Of a stretch of 64,000 nucleotides of DNA, positions 27,411 to 40,700 are shown piece after piece. Where the stretch lies: NCBI GenBank assembly GCA_047967505.1, contig CM106538.1. One strand, 5' to 3'. The notes beneath the pieces are model-generated. The model worked only from the letters and a program-made list of their open reading frames with translations, was not told the DNA's origin and did not search any database. Source of the DNA: Dipteris shenzhenensis (taxonomy: Eukaryota). Position 1 is the stretch's first letter. Every line of letters begins with the position of its first letter. A program made the translations under genes and the position numbers.

Positions 27411-27995
27411 TGTTTACTCATGATTATAATGAACAGTCCAGTCGCTCAAAAACTGTTGCACAAGCTATACACTCCACTTAACCCCGACTGATTATCGTTA
27501 TAGCCTTAGGCCAGTGCAATTTTGCCAAGTAAAATAGATTAAACAGAGACCTAAACTAAGAGACATAAAACCACCCAATATAATGGCCCTATGATTGGAC
27601 ACCCATCATCAAACTGCAAAAAGAGCTATAACACCCAGTTAATGATTCGACAAGCAAATACTAGATAAAAGAAGGAATGCGTCTAGAAATGCAAGGGTCT
27701 TTGGATTGAGATTGAAAGTGTCCAGTTGGACAGACTAGCAGCTAAATCCTTTTAACTTCAGTGGCTTTCACACAATTAACCCAGAACGTCCCATGAACTT
27801 CTCACCATAGCTCATATATAAGCAAGAATTCGTGAGAATGGTCAGCTCGAACAGTTGATGAATCTGAACTCCTACATTAAAGAAAAATAGAAATGGGGGT
27901 GAGCCTACGTCTTCATAGTCCTCTCCTCTACTCAATACTTACAGGAGCAAAAAGCCGGAATGTATACCAAAACAGATACCACTGGAACACAATAA

Positions 27996-30900
27996 TCAGG
28001 CTACAGTCACTTCTTCGCCAGCTACTGCAAGAGGATCTTGAGAGACTTTTAAATGCTGCTGCAGCACTTGGACTGCTTCCTCAACTTTTGAGGCCAGTGC
28101 TTCAGGGGACTCCAGTAACAGAAGGAGCTCAGAATTATCCATCTCCAACAGCATTCCAGTGATTTTACCTGCAAGATCAAACTGCACAATATTCCATTCT
28201 AATTGGTCAGTATCATTCATGTTTGAGTCCTTACCTAGTGCCTGTCACCAGCAGGCAGTCTTTGCACAATCATCCCTCCAGCAACCCTTTGACCCACAAA
28301 AGGCTACACTCCAATGTACTCTATATCTGATGAATCTAATGTAGTCTATATTGAGACTCCAATATAGTATAATCCATTCATGCAAATACTAATTCTTGAC
28401 TTCCACCTTCCGACCCTCCTAAAGCAAAATGCTTTAGAAAGGCACCACAAGCATGTTTACCTGAAGCTGCTGCACAAGAGGGAATAGGCGCTCTCCTAGC
28501 ATCTGCTTCTGTTGCTGTGGTGATGCATTTGCAAGCACACTGCTCCATTCAGTAAGGTTATTTGATTGCCCACTGACAGCCATTGCAGATGGAGAAACCA
28601 TAGTACTTGGAGCCATCGTCTGCTGAGATGTGTTCACTGTTGGTTCTCGTCCTTGACCATTGGAGACATACTTTCCAGGCTGGCGTGGGCGATGCTGGAC
28701 ACCAATAGTAACCAGCTATTATTGACATGCTAGACCCCCATCCCAGCCCCCCAAAAAATATATCCACGATTGTTCTCACCTGCTGGTTCCTGGTAGCATC
28801 TTTGTAGCTCACTTGCTGTTGGGGCTGTAGTTGCTGCTGCAGAGGTAGCATCATGGGCATGCGTCCAGCCTGTGGATGCATCTGTCCATTTGCCCGATTC
28901 CTCATCTGCCTTTGTTGCCTTGGCCCAGCAGGAACCTGGCAACAGTTCAAATTCATTCATCATCTTGCACCTCTCAAGGTAAGCTATTAACCTCTAGGAT
29001 CTCAGATAAAATTCAACCCTGCAGATATTAAGATGATAGCATTTTAGCAGAAAAGAGATGCAACCATAGGGTGACTACCCACCACAGGTAAAGTGGGCAT
29101 TGGCTGAAAACCTGGCCTGCCAGGGGTTGGAACTGCTGCTGGCCTCCATCCAGGCCTTATGCCAACCGGATACATGATACCTTGCCTTTGAGGCAGAGGT
29201 GGCACTACACCAGGTGGAGCAAAGTACATAGGTGGGTAGGCAGCAGGAACAATGGCAGCAGGAGGTCCAGCCAGCCCAACCATCCGTTGAGCATAATGCT
29301 GCTCCAACTGTGCACGACGAACCTCCTTACGCTGAGCCAAGGCTACATATAAAGGCTTGCCAAAAATCATGAACCCTGGATATATATACAATCACAAACG
29401 TTTGAGCAAGGTCTTTTATTAATGTCATTCCAACTGTATTGACTAGAAGATTTGAACAGAAAATGAGAGGGCTGCTGTGTTGTAGCTACAGCTGCTTACC
29501 GTGTGATTCAGCTACTGCTTTCATAGCCTCATCTGGAGACGAGAAGCAGACAAAACCAAACCCTTTGCTGACACCTTTCTCATCCCTCATCACTTTCGCA
29601 GACACAATTGCTCCATATGATGAGAAGTGTTTCCGTAAATAGTCATCATCAACTATGTCATCCAGATTCTTCACATATAAGTTCAATCCCTGCAAAGACT
29701 CAGCTTGTTATCAGACAAACTATACGGTGATCACTATAATCCACTGAAATTTTATTGCCAAGGTAGAACCAAAGAGATCTGAACCTGATACTTTTGTATC
29801 CGTTCCAATCGTTTCTCCTCAAATTGTTGCCTCAATAACTGTTCCCTTTCCGTCTTCTTTTGCGCTCGTCCAACAAAAAGGGCTTTCAAACCTGAAAAGT
29901 GGAGACAGCTTGTATATCTAAGCTCACAAAAATCCATGTCTAACATTACAAAGAAACACACGAGTATTGTGTAAACATCCTCCCAATCCAGCGCTTACCT
30001 AATTGTGCACCATTCATTGCCTCAACTGCTCTCTTTGCATCGTCAGGACTTAAAAAGTTAATAAAACCAAAACCCCGTGGCTTATTATTCTCGTCCTTCA
30101 TGATGATAAGATTGGTGATTTTTCCAAATTCTGAAAACTTCTCTTGCAACATGTCTTCGGTAACATCATAGTCTATATTCTTGACATATAAATTGGTGAA
30201 CTTCAGCTCTGCTCCAGTTGATGTTCTATCGCTTTTCCTAACAAATTTTCCCACGTACCTGCAAAATAACTATCATAATCAGCGGAGTAACACCCTGGAA
30301 AGAAAACATTAGAAGCAGCATATTTAAAAGCTATCTCGAGAAACAGCAAAGTTATCCTCTATAGGACCACCCGCAGACAAACGCAAGATACCAATACAGA
30401 CCGCTTTCTGTTGCTAACAATAACAGAACGATCCAAGAAATATGAATGTACAGAAAAACAAGCCTGAAGCCCGCTGCAGCAGAAATTAACAATTATAACA
30501 AGAAGATAACAAAACCCAACCAAAAAAACACGTAGGTAAATGTGTCAATGCTGAACGAGTTTATCTCATGTTCAACAAGCTAAAGAGCTCAGCCAAAAGA
30601 TTGCCTCGATTAAACAAGCTAAGGGCAGATATACAGACTTCCGTCTGTGACGATGTCCTCAAGGCAAACAACTGGAAAGATCTCGGAAGACCAATCAACA
30701 CCTGGCAGATATTTGCGATCCACTTTCACAAAAGATGAATAACAGCTAGAAGAGAAGTTTCGAACTTACACTTTCTTTTTCTCGAGCAACATCCCATTAA
30801 CCTTCTCGATAGCGAGACTTGCTGCCTCATCCGTTTCGAAATGGACGAATCCATGGCCTCGGCTCTTACCGTCTTGCATAGCCACTTTGCATGAAAGAAT

Positions 30901-31648
30901 TTTCCCATAGGAAGTAAAGAGATCGTGCAATCCTTTGTGATCAAGAGACTCGGGAAGATTCTGCGTACAACAGAAGACCATTCAGAATACACCATCATTC
31001 GTTACCGATACCACGAAGAAAATCGCAAAGATTGTGCAAGGCCTTTCTCGGACCTTGATGAAAATATTCCCTACGCCACTTTTGCGAGCGCTTGGATCCC
31101 GATGGGACCACATAATACGTATAGGTTTGCCATTCAGAGAAGTGTAATTAAGAGCGTCGAGAGCACGGACAGCTGAAAGACAAAGGCAGACCATTAATTG
31201 AAGCCAGAAAGGTCAACAAAAATGGAGGCAGAAAAACGGCGGTGCGAGAAGCATACCAGCAGTTTCTGAAGAGTTGGAGAATCAGCGACACACCCAGACA
31301 TGCACCAGACAAGACACACGATTCGAATATCAGAATTGGTCGCATTGTATCTTCCGAAAATCCACAGACCAGAAACGGGAAAACGTGAATCAACGCTTCA
31401 TTGCGCAAGCTCTCCGACGGAAGAAACATGAAATGGAACAGAAGCGAGACAAGAATCGTACCATCCACCGAAGCGTTGTAATTCACGTAAGCGTAGCCGA
31501 GGGAGCGACGCGAAACGGAGTCACGGCAAACGCGAATGGAAGCCACTGCACCAATCTGGGAGAACAGGTCGTAAAGCTGGGCCTCTGTAACATCTCCGTC
31601 GAGATCTCCAACGTAAAGGGAGGCAGCAGCAGCGGGTGCACCCGCCAT
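27996..31648 (-). CDS. PABP: Cytoplasmic poly(A)-binding protein (4 RRM + MLLE/PABC), 10 exons, 640 aa, probably PAB6/PAB7-like (class III)
   Basis: Exons 31648-31462, 31172-31054, 30960-30770, 30258-29999, 29891-29785, 29689-29500, 29375-29083, 28935-28780, 28694-28461, 28181-27996. All introns GT-AG with consistent phase; total 1923 nt. Motifs [54 protein letters not shown]. Exon 8/9 junctions are less certain. Confidence 0.95.
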
Positions 31649-32047
31649 GGCTCCCCCTCCCCTTCCCCTCCAAAGCGTTCTTAGCTCCTCCTCCTCCTCT
31701 CCGTTCAAGCTCTCCACCTCCTTGCCCTCCTCTCTCTCTCTCGTTCCTTTTCTGTTGCTCCCTCCTTCTCACTCCTTTTCAATCGCTCGTTTCTAGATTG
31801 AAATGTCTGCAATATGGATGAAAGTTTACCGTCGGCAGGTCGGCTGGGTCAGCAGACGCTGCAAGAATGTCAATCTCCCAATCTCTTTCTCCCGAACTTC
31901 AGAGGCTAAGCGCCATTATCCTTCCGCAATTTGTGCCGCACACAAAGAACAGGGAAGCTAGCACAAAAAATCCGTCTACGCTTCGCGCTAATCTCCTCCC
32001 TCCAGGTCGATTGAGCAGAAGCTCCACCAACGTCTCCCTCCCTCCCT

Positions 32048-32080
<33 letters not shown>

Positions 32081-32300
32081 GCTATCACACAGCAACCTCG
32101 ATGATTCTGGCGCTCGCGCTCCTTCCTTTCTTACTCGTTGCCAGCAAAATGCAGCTTAGTGCGCTTCAATCCTTCAATCGTGCGATCCTTTGCCTTCCTG
32201 GATGGAATTTGTGAGCCGGAAACAGCACCGGACAGATGGAATTTGTGCCGGAAACAGAAACCTCCGTCACCCCAAAAATGGTGCGCTGGCGATGGGTTTA
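31649..32300 (-). promoter_or_regulatory. CpG-rich PABP 5' leader/promoter with purine-rich tract and (GA)n repeat
   Basis: CpG-rich relative to flanking TEs; AG-rich leader 31690-31780; (GA)n at 32038-32080. Confidence 0.5.
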
Positions 32301-32399
32301 GCAAAAAGCTATTGCGTGTGATGCAGGCCAGCCCTAGATTACTTCCCTTTTCCAGATTAACTACTTAGCATTTTAAGCTCTTGGTTAACTACTTCAGCA

Positions 32400-33160
32400 C
32401 CTCATGTCATTGGTCCTTAGAGGACGTTCCCCCACGGCGCTAGCCGAGCAAAAATGCCATCTTTTGGCAAACCTTTGCCCTACTGAGATTGTTCCTAACC
32501 TGCACACCGGGCCAGAGTTCAGTACCCCACCGCCCAGATGGAGAGTGAATCTCTCACTCTCCTAACGGAGCTAGCTACAATGCTTCCAATCAATTTGTAA
32601 GCTTTTTGGTTTTATGTGGGAAGTTTATTGTCAGATTTCTGTCAGAGACGAGCTAGGAAACGTTTGTGGGAACTATCCTTCACCATCACCTACAAACACC
32701 CAACACTGTAGCTTGAGCGTGGTAGAGCAACAAGCGGGAACCTGCTCTTGATACCATAAGGACCATCCGCGTGTAGTCTGGCAGCACAAAAGGTCGTCCC
32801 GCATCCTCTGGCAAGCTTTAGCAACAACTCCTGCTAGCCCTCATGTGAACACTGGTCTGAACCCACCCTCAGAGGCACCCCTACTTGCTATGCTCAGGCA
32901 CCCCTACTCCGAATGGTTGCCTCTCTTAGGGTAGTTACTCGCTATGCTCAAGCACCCCTACTCCCTATGGTTCTCTCTCTTAGGGTAGTTACACACCACT
33001 CGGTACTAAACCCACCCTCAGAGGCACCCCTACTTGCTATGCTCAGGCACCCCTACTCCGAATGGTTGCCTCTCTTAGGGTAGTTACTCGCTATGCTCAG
33101 GCACCCCTAGTCCCTATGGTTCTCTCTCTTAGGGTAGTTACACACCACTCGGTACCGCCC
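32400..33160 (-). mobile_element. Truncated LTR element (PBS plus LTR-like region with tandem repeats) oriented toward PABP
   Basis: Minus-strand PBS TGGTATCAAGAGC at 32744-32756; two 149-bp units at 32860-33155, each with about 56-bp subrepeats. Confidence 0.55.
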
Positions 33161-33880
33161 ATGGGAGAGAAGTGATGGACTATGAGTTGTTACACACAGA
33201 GTGGACAGGGTATGTAGATACAAAAAACACTATTGGCAAACAAGTGTGGATGGCCCCACATGTCTATTGTATTTGGTGGATGGGTGTGCTATGGACGAGG
33301 GATCATGTAAGGCCCATACAAGACCCTTAGTCCCTTACAAGACCAGCAAAGTGAGGCAACAGTTGCGATTGTGTGGGTGAGTTACTGGCAATATGATACC
33401 TTCCATGGCTAAATGGCCCATTCCTCGACAAATGCATAATTTTTTTCACTCTATTTCTCTCTTTTTGCTTCTTGGCCCTACAATAGTTTGTTGTGGAGCT
33501 CATACTACAACTCCTTGGCGACGTTCTCGACTCTGTCTATGCCATGTCGTTGGCATCACTATATCTCCATTCACCTTTGCTTGATTACAATGTGACACAT
33601 GTAGCTTGTGAGGCTTCCACAAATTCCTCTTTAGGAGTGCCTTCTATGGTTGTTTCTTCTCACTAGAAGTTAGCTACATGGCAACTTCTTTAGCTAGGCA
33701 ACATAGTGCGAATGAAAATATGGCCTCTCCTTGAGCCACGTGTCATGCTCTATAAATAACTAAAGAGCCCTTAATCAAGGCTACACTTCCATGTTTAGCT
33801 ACTCGACTCTATGGCTTACAAGGACATTCCCCATCGTACATGACCATCTTTGAAGCCATACTATAGTGAGCATTGTTTGA

Positions 33881-33897
33881 CCTCCCTCCCTCCCTCC

Positions 33898-33977
<80 letters not shown>

Positions 33978-33980
33978 AAC
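33881..33980. repeat. (CT)n(CA)n compound microsatellite
   Basis: Direct inspection. Confidence 0.95.
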
Positions 33981-34399
33981 ACACATACGCATTCTCTCTC
34001 ATTCATAATCCACCCTCTTCTCTATGCCCTTCGGTTGTCCTCTGCATCTTCTTTGCACTTGTGGCCTCAAGGATCTTCTTCTACTCCATGATGTTGAGAA
34101 CGAGTTTACAGAGATCCAACATTGGTACAAGAGCATGTTTTTTAAGTTTGTTATAATAACAATGTGCTTTTCTTGACCATCAGATTGATTTTTCTCACGA
34201 TGATGGTAACGGTGTTTCTGATGAAGTACTAGTGACCTCTTCCTCTTGTCTTTTATGGTTTATTGACGCCCCTGTGATCCCATATTAGTCTAAAAGAAGA
34301 AGCGTGAAGAAATTGTTTCAATGCTTGTGTTTGAAGGTTTGAGAATAACACAAGAGGCAAATAATTCACTAAGGAAAGTTACTAATGTATATCTATTTG

Positions 34400-34981
34400 T
34401 TGTTGTTATGTGTTCTGAACTAGGCATCTATGAATGTGCCAGTAGAAAGGAAGATGGGTCTATGCTACTCAATTGCTGTATCCACATTTTTCCTAGTGGT
34501 GTTTTGATCACTGGGCTTTTGGGAATGCATTAGATGGCATTACTTTGGAAGCACAGGATGTGTACAGCAAACTAACTAATTGTAGTGTCTTTGCATGGAG
34601 TGCAATTATTTCAGCACATTCAATGCTTGGACAAGGGGAGATAGCTATTCGAATGTATTACTAAAGCTGAAATAGTCAAGGGTTAAACCAAATGAATATG
34701 TCTCAAATCTTGTGCCAGCATAGTCAAACCAGATGTATTACTAAAGCTGAAATAGTCAAGGGTTAAACCAAATGAATATGTCTCAAATCTTGTGCTAGCA
34801 TAGCACCCTAGCAGCCCTACCTCAAGGAAGGCTACTTCATGAGGACATGATTGAATGAGGATCTAATTCAGGTGTGTTTGTTGGAAGCACCCTTACAGTT
34901 TTGTATACGAAATGCAAATCTCGTGAAGATGCACAAAAGGTATTTGGTTGATTGCCAAAGCGAGATATGGTAACATGGAAT
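34400..34981 (+). pseudogene. PLS-class pentatricopeptide repeat gene fragment
   Basis: LEAQDVYSKLTNCSVFAWSAIISAHSMLGQGEIAIRMY; VKPNEYV; QGRLLHEDMIE*G...VFVGSTL..LYTKCKSREDAQKVFG*LPKRDMVTWN; internal 80-bp duplication. Confidence 0.85.
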
Positions 34982-36101
34982 TTGTGAAGGTAAAGATTCT
35001 CAGGGATAGGCTGGCAACATTCAGACACAAGATGGACAACAATGAGCTAGCTATGCTTACAAGCAGTAAGCCTCCTATGCGCTATTGAGATTGACAACTC
35101 TTACCTTTAGTGAACAATCGGAACTAATATCGTTCAACGATTTGAGCCTACCATTGCTTCAGGAAGACACTCGATGATGTTGTATGACAAGAATGATGGT
35201 AATGAGAAGGCCTATATGGTCAAGAGAGAGCTTGGCAAAGGTTAGTCTTTGAAAAAAAAGGATGCTAAGGATTCATGAAAATATGATGAGACTGTTTACA
35301 CAGGAAAATAAAAAACGAAAAGGAAAAAAATGCTTTTACTACAACAAGCTTGGACATTTTGCTAAGGATTGCAAGAAGAAGAGGGTTGATTAATTGAAAG
35401 AGGACCAATAAAAAACGACAGAATTTGATGTGACATTTTGCTAAGGATTGCAAGAAGAGGAGGGTTGATTAACTGAAAGAGGAACAATCAAAGACGACGG
35501 AATTTGATATGGCATATGTCGATTTGGTAGGAGAGGACTTCTCCTTGTGAGACTCATCCCTTCAATATCTATGTAGGTTTGTTGCCTCATTCTTTTCAAT
35601 GAGAAAGAAGATGCACTATTAAATTCCTTTTAGCGAGAAAGCTTCTTTCCACCTTCCAAATCATGGGTTTACATAATTCTAAATGCTTAGTAGAAGGCCC
35701 CATTGTGCCAGCAAATCACGTCCCTTAAGTCAAAATTCATAACATGTTGGTTTGAGTCTCTCTTCTTATATATGGTTTCTTGCTTTTCAGGATTTTGTGT
35801 AGAACATATCGACAAGCCATATTGTATCTATTTTGTTGACTTTCATCTTGCCCAAAATGACATAGTTTCATGTATCTCTACAAGGGTTATATGCTACATG
35901 CAAATTGCTATGTACAAAATGTGAATTTTGATGTGCTATACATATACTATGAATGTGAATTATTATGTGTTGAATTGCAAGTTGCTATAAACCCAACGAA
36001 GGGCACATTCCTTGGTCTTATAATTTTTGGAGAGGAAGCATCTCTCCCCCCACAAAATGTGTGGTTATGTGCTAATGAGGAGTATAAAGTACTTTCCAAT
36101 T

Positions 36102-36397
36102 ATCTAACAAACATCTACTCTCATTTTCAATATCCAATTTCAAGCTCAATTTCACAAAGTGCTATATGCTGAATGTGAAATGCTATGTGCTGAGTATAAC
36201 ATTGTACAATTCTTACAACCAAATAACATAATGTTATCTTCTTTCTCAATCTAACAAACATCTACTCTCATTTTCAATATCCAATTTCAAGCTCAATTTC
36301 ACAAAGTGCTATATGCTGAATGTGAAATGCTATATGATGAATATAACATTGTACAAATCTTACAACCAAATAACATAATGTAATCTTCTTTCTCAAT
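36102..36397. repeat. Tandem duplication of about 147 bp
   Basis: Two near-identical copies starting ATCTAACAAACATCTACTC. Confidence 0.85.
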
Positions 36398-36949
36398 ATA
36401 GTTGCCTACCTGGATCTATTTTGCAACTTCACTAGCAATCTCTACAATGTTGACCATAAATAGCCCTTTTGGTATGCTCTTTTTACCCATCATCCACATG
36501 GGAGTCCTCTAAGTTTATAATTTCTTACAATGGTCGTCCTTCAATAGCACATGAGTGTCCTCTAAGTAGTACATGGATGGATATTATCTAAGTCAATAAT
36601 GTTTACATTGGTGTCCTTCAAGAGTACATGGGTGTCCCCTAAGTTTACATCTTTTTGTTCCTTCACCTACACCCTGTAGCATCACTGAGACTCCTCTTAA
36701 AACTTGTATATTGATATTGAATTGAAAGAATGGTTATTCACCTTTCCTTAATAATGGCTAATGGGATATCCTTATTCACCTTTCCTTAATAATAATTGGC
36801 TAATGGGATATGCTTGCAAATGATTAGAATTGTATGCCTAAAACAACTTGTCTTGATCCCCTTCAATAGTAACATCCTTCTCAAGACAAAGGTTTTCCAA
36901 TTTTCAGGTCAGTCTAAAGGATTTAAAGGAGCAAGGCTCGGAATCATCA

Positions 36950-37450
36950 ATCTTGGCTTTAGCTAAGAAACATTGTAATTTTCATGCTCCTCTGGATAGG
37001 ATGGAGGTGTGGGCAGCTAGGGTGAAAAGAATATAAACGGCAACTCCATCCTTTAAAATGCATATTTTCCTTTGGAGAGTAACAGTGGGCAAAATGTTGG
37101 TGAGGGCTCAAATTGCCAAGTGGAATTCCAAAGTAAACCCTACCTGCCCATATGGATTCAAGGAAATCCACATGCATCTTTTTTGGGAATGCCCGTCTAT
37201 GCATCAAATCTGGAGAGAATTGATCAAAAACTTGGCTAATAACCAAGTTCACATCAAAGTTAAATAGAAGATAGCATTGTTGGAAGACAAAAGAAGGCTG
37301 AATGATATCTTCTATGAAGCCTTGCAGATAATCAGAGCAACAGCCCTTATGTTGCTGTAGAATTTTAGGAATGAGACCTCGGAACAGGAGGTACTTAACT
37401 CAAGTAGCCATCGAAGAGAGTAGAAGAACAATTAAGTTTTTTGGTCACAA
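36950..37450 (+). mobile_element. LINE 3' remnant (zf-RVT zinc finger)
   Basis: FLWRV...CPYGFKEIHMHLFWECPSMHQIW. Confidence 0.7.
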
Positions 37451-37799
37451 AGAGAGTCTCTTAAGGCTTTAAGCCAAATGTGGGTGTAAAGCTTTGCTTT
37501 TGCTATAAAGAAATTGGATCTTTTGTTTCTACATATTTCTCCTTAATACAATTTTTTTGTTCTCACCCCCCCAAAGGAAAAACATCCTCCTCAAGAGCTT
37601 ATGCTTTCCTTGGTTCATGTATGTTAAACAGTGGAAGCAGACACATCCATTTAACCAATCCACCTCAAGGATCACTATTTTATTAATTAGGTAACGAACA
37701 ACTTCATGATCCACTTAAAACACAAATGGACAATGCTTGGGCTTTTGCATGTTGCCCCTAAAGATTCTAGCTAAATGGTTGGAACAATTGCATTTCTCT

Positions 37800-40700
37800 T
37801 GTTCGGATTACTGTGGTCATGTCCCCACTCATCAACCCCCAAATGAGGAGGACATAGGGGAGGTGTACCAATAGCATCTTTTGGGAAAGAGAGACTCCAC
37901 AGGAACCAAATCTGTTACGGAATTGTTTTTCCCATATTTCTTGCTCTGTAAATTATTGTATTTCAGTCGTGTGACTATGGCAATGTATTCAATAGGAGTG
38001 CACCGACACATGGCAAGGGTCCTAGTGGATGCTTTATGGGGTTTAGTTGGGGACACCTAACTACCTGTGTTTTGACAGGCTAGATGGTTAGTATTGTGCG
38101 TGATTCCATGTTAATAGTAATGTTGTTAATGTTACTAGTGTTATTGCAATTGGTCTCAAGGTGTGTATTTTGATGTTTTGTATATCAAGCTTACAATTGT
38201 GTTGGGATTAGTTGGTGTGATGATTCATCAATTGATTGTAACAACTAACACAATCAATAGTGGCTTGAGTACAGAGGATGAGTTGGATAACGAGGAACAG
38301 AGATGGTGAAGGTGATTTGGATTAATCGAAGTATCGAATGGCTGCCAAAGGCCATGGGCCATATTGTAAAGAGATGAATATTAAGTCGTGGGCTAATTTA
38401 TTTTATTGATTGTGGATGAGGGCATATTAAGCCTTGTGATATTCTAAGCTCGTGGAGCTATGTTGAGCAATCCCTGTAATTATGGACAAGGGATGCTTTT
38501 AGATGTACTATTATTGGCTCTTTGCTTTTTTGAATTACAATTATAAATACTATAGATGGGAAGCAAGAGCCACCATGTAGGGGGGGCAGATTGGACCCTT
38601 GCAATGTTGCTCTCTCTGTCTCTTCTCTCCCTGCCTTTTTTCCTTATTCTTGGTTTCTATGGTTTTGGTAAATCATGAATTTGTAATCACGTCTAATTTT
38701 AATTTTTGTAACAGTAGTATCAAAGCTTGGCTATGCTCTAGCCTGACTGTGGGAGGAAAGCAACATCTGATGCATTCTTAGAATGTTCTTTCATATTGTT
38801 TCAACTAGTTGATCACTAGGTTTTGAGTTTGTATGCAAAGGTTATCAAAAATGCTTCAAAAATTGACGCTACAATCGCAATTGACGAAAATGGCTTGTTC
38901 AAATGGTATGCGCCGATTCTTTTGAGTGGTTGGATTACTACATTTTGCCTTGAGGAAAGAAACTTATGGTTGTTTCTTTTCACTACCTACTATCAACGAA
39001 TTGGTAGAAGCAGTCCTTGGATAGGAGATGAACAACGACGACCAAATATGACTTAATCTTAGGGCATGAGGACAAAAAAGATTCATATTCTTATATAATT
39101 AATGATATTTGATGTAATAGTAGCATCATGTGATTCAAGAATGGAAGTCATATGAAAATCGCAATAGGGATGTTGCTCTCCTAAGCGAAAGACCACAACT
39201 ATTTAATTTGGATGAAAGCAATAGGACTAAATCAAGAACAAAGAGCTGCAAATGAAACAAGGACAAATAGATGCACTATATGCATGTTATTGCTTCAACA
39301 ATTATCAAAATTTTCTTTTGTCAGCTTAGTAAATACAATCAAGCATACAAGCGTTGTGACGAGACAACCAAGGCATCTCTAGATACATCTTTTATCCTTC
39401 ATCTTTCTTTTTTACTTAATCGCTTTTCTTAAGTTGCATATGATGAGGTCACTATGAAACAGAGACTCTGCAAGGAATCTCTTTTGAACCACAAAGTTAT
39501 CAGACCGATGATTGGATGGGAAGGAAAAGAAACTTCATTGGGGCTCAACCGAGCAAGCAAAGATTTGGAAGGACAAAGGAGATACGTATCTATTCCCATA
39601 CTTTTGTTTTTCCATATTTTCAATTTTCTTACTCTCATAGACACTTATATAGAGATAAGAAAGAATGGTATGATGACGGAAGGGAATAATTGAATTTGAA
39701 GAAGAGTGATAGATCATATTAAAATGTCATGAAAAGGAGAATAAAATATGATAGCCTTTATAGGATCTAGGATAATCTAGGTGAGCTAAGAGTTTTTAAT
39801 GATTAAATAAGCATGGCTATGTGCATTGATAAGGATGAGAAGATGTATATCATGTTGTATGTATGAAATAAGAAGTATAATTAATTAGAGGGATTGCATC
39901 CTCATAGCTTGCTTGAGTAGATGCCAATCCTAGCTTAATTGTAGAGCAACAAAATTATTATTATGTGATACATATGGTATTTTTTGATAAAGTGTTATGC
40001 TAAAGTGAACTAAATTGGAGAAAATTAAAGAGAAGAAAAAGCATATTACATTTTTGCTAAGCATGAGGGAAAGCATGATTGTTCGCTTCGCAGGCTTTTT
40101 GCTCTGGCAATTTCTTTACGAAAGTGCTTTTATAGATAATGAAAAATATTTGGTATGTCAGATATTATTTTTTATGTATTTTCTAGCAATTGAAGAAAAT
40201 ACATATTGGATCATTACTAGCTACCAAGTTAAATGAGAAACTTTGACATGTGATTAGACAATGATGTACACATACCCTTCTGCTGATCATAGAATAGTAT
40301 ATGTCACTTATTGCTACTCACATCATAAGGAAAAAGAATTATGCTTTGTATTTGTTATTATTTCCATTATCATACTAGTATGGGATGGTATAGATATTGA
40401 GGAATATGACAAATATAATGCTTGGACTTGTACTAAAATAACATAAGCAATGAATGGATGTGGTATAGTACTTTCTCTTAGTACAGGATAAGAATAAAAA
40501 TAATATTTCATAAGTTTTGAATTGGCTAAATTCATTACCTCTTTGTTAATGAGAGCTTAAGATCTCTTGAAGAATTTGTTTTTTAACATGATGATACTTG
40601 CACATCTCTACTCGTTGACTCGAAAAGTCAAATACACAACTGAGAGCAATTGCAATCCAAGCAAGAGGGATGTTACGGAATTGTATTTCCAATATTTCTT

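Larger units (their letters stand above)
33300..35520 (+). mobile_element. Degenerate copia-derived element: LTR (ends 34121), PBS, captured PPR piece, gag remnant
   Basis: CCAACA then TGGTACAAGAGC at 34123-34134; gag KVKILRDRLA from 34986; knuckle CFYYNKLGHFAKDC; left boundary uncertain. Confidence 0.65.

Noticed and set aside
31649-31717. In-frame GTG-initiated N-terminal extension of PABP
   Set aside because: The ATG at 31648 has a good context (GCCATGG) and matches the usual PABP start; the extension is low-complexity leader sequence.
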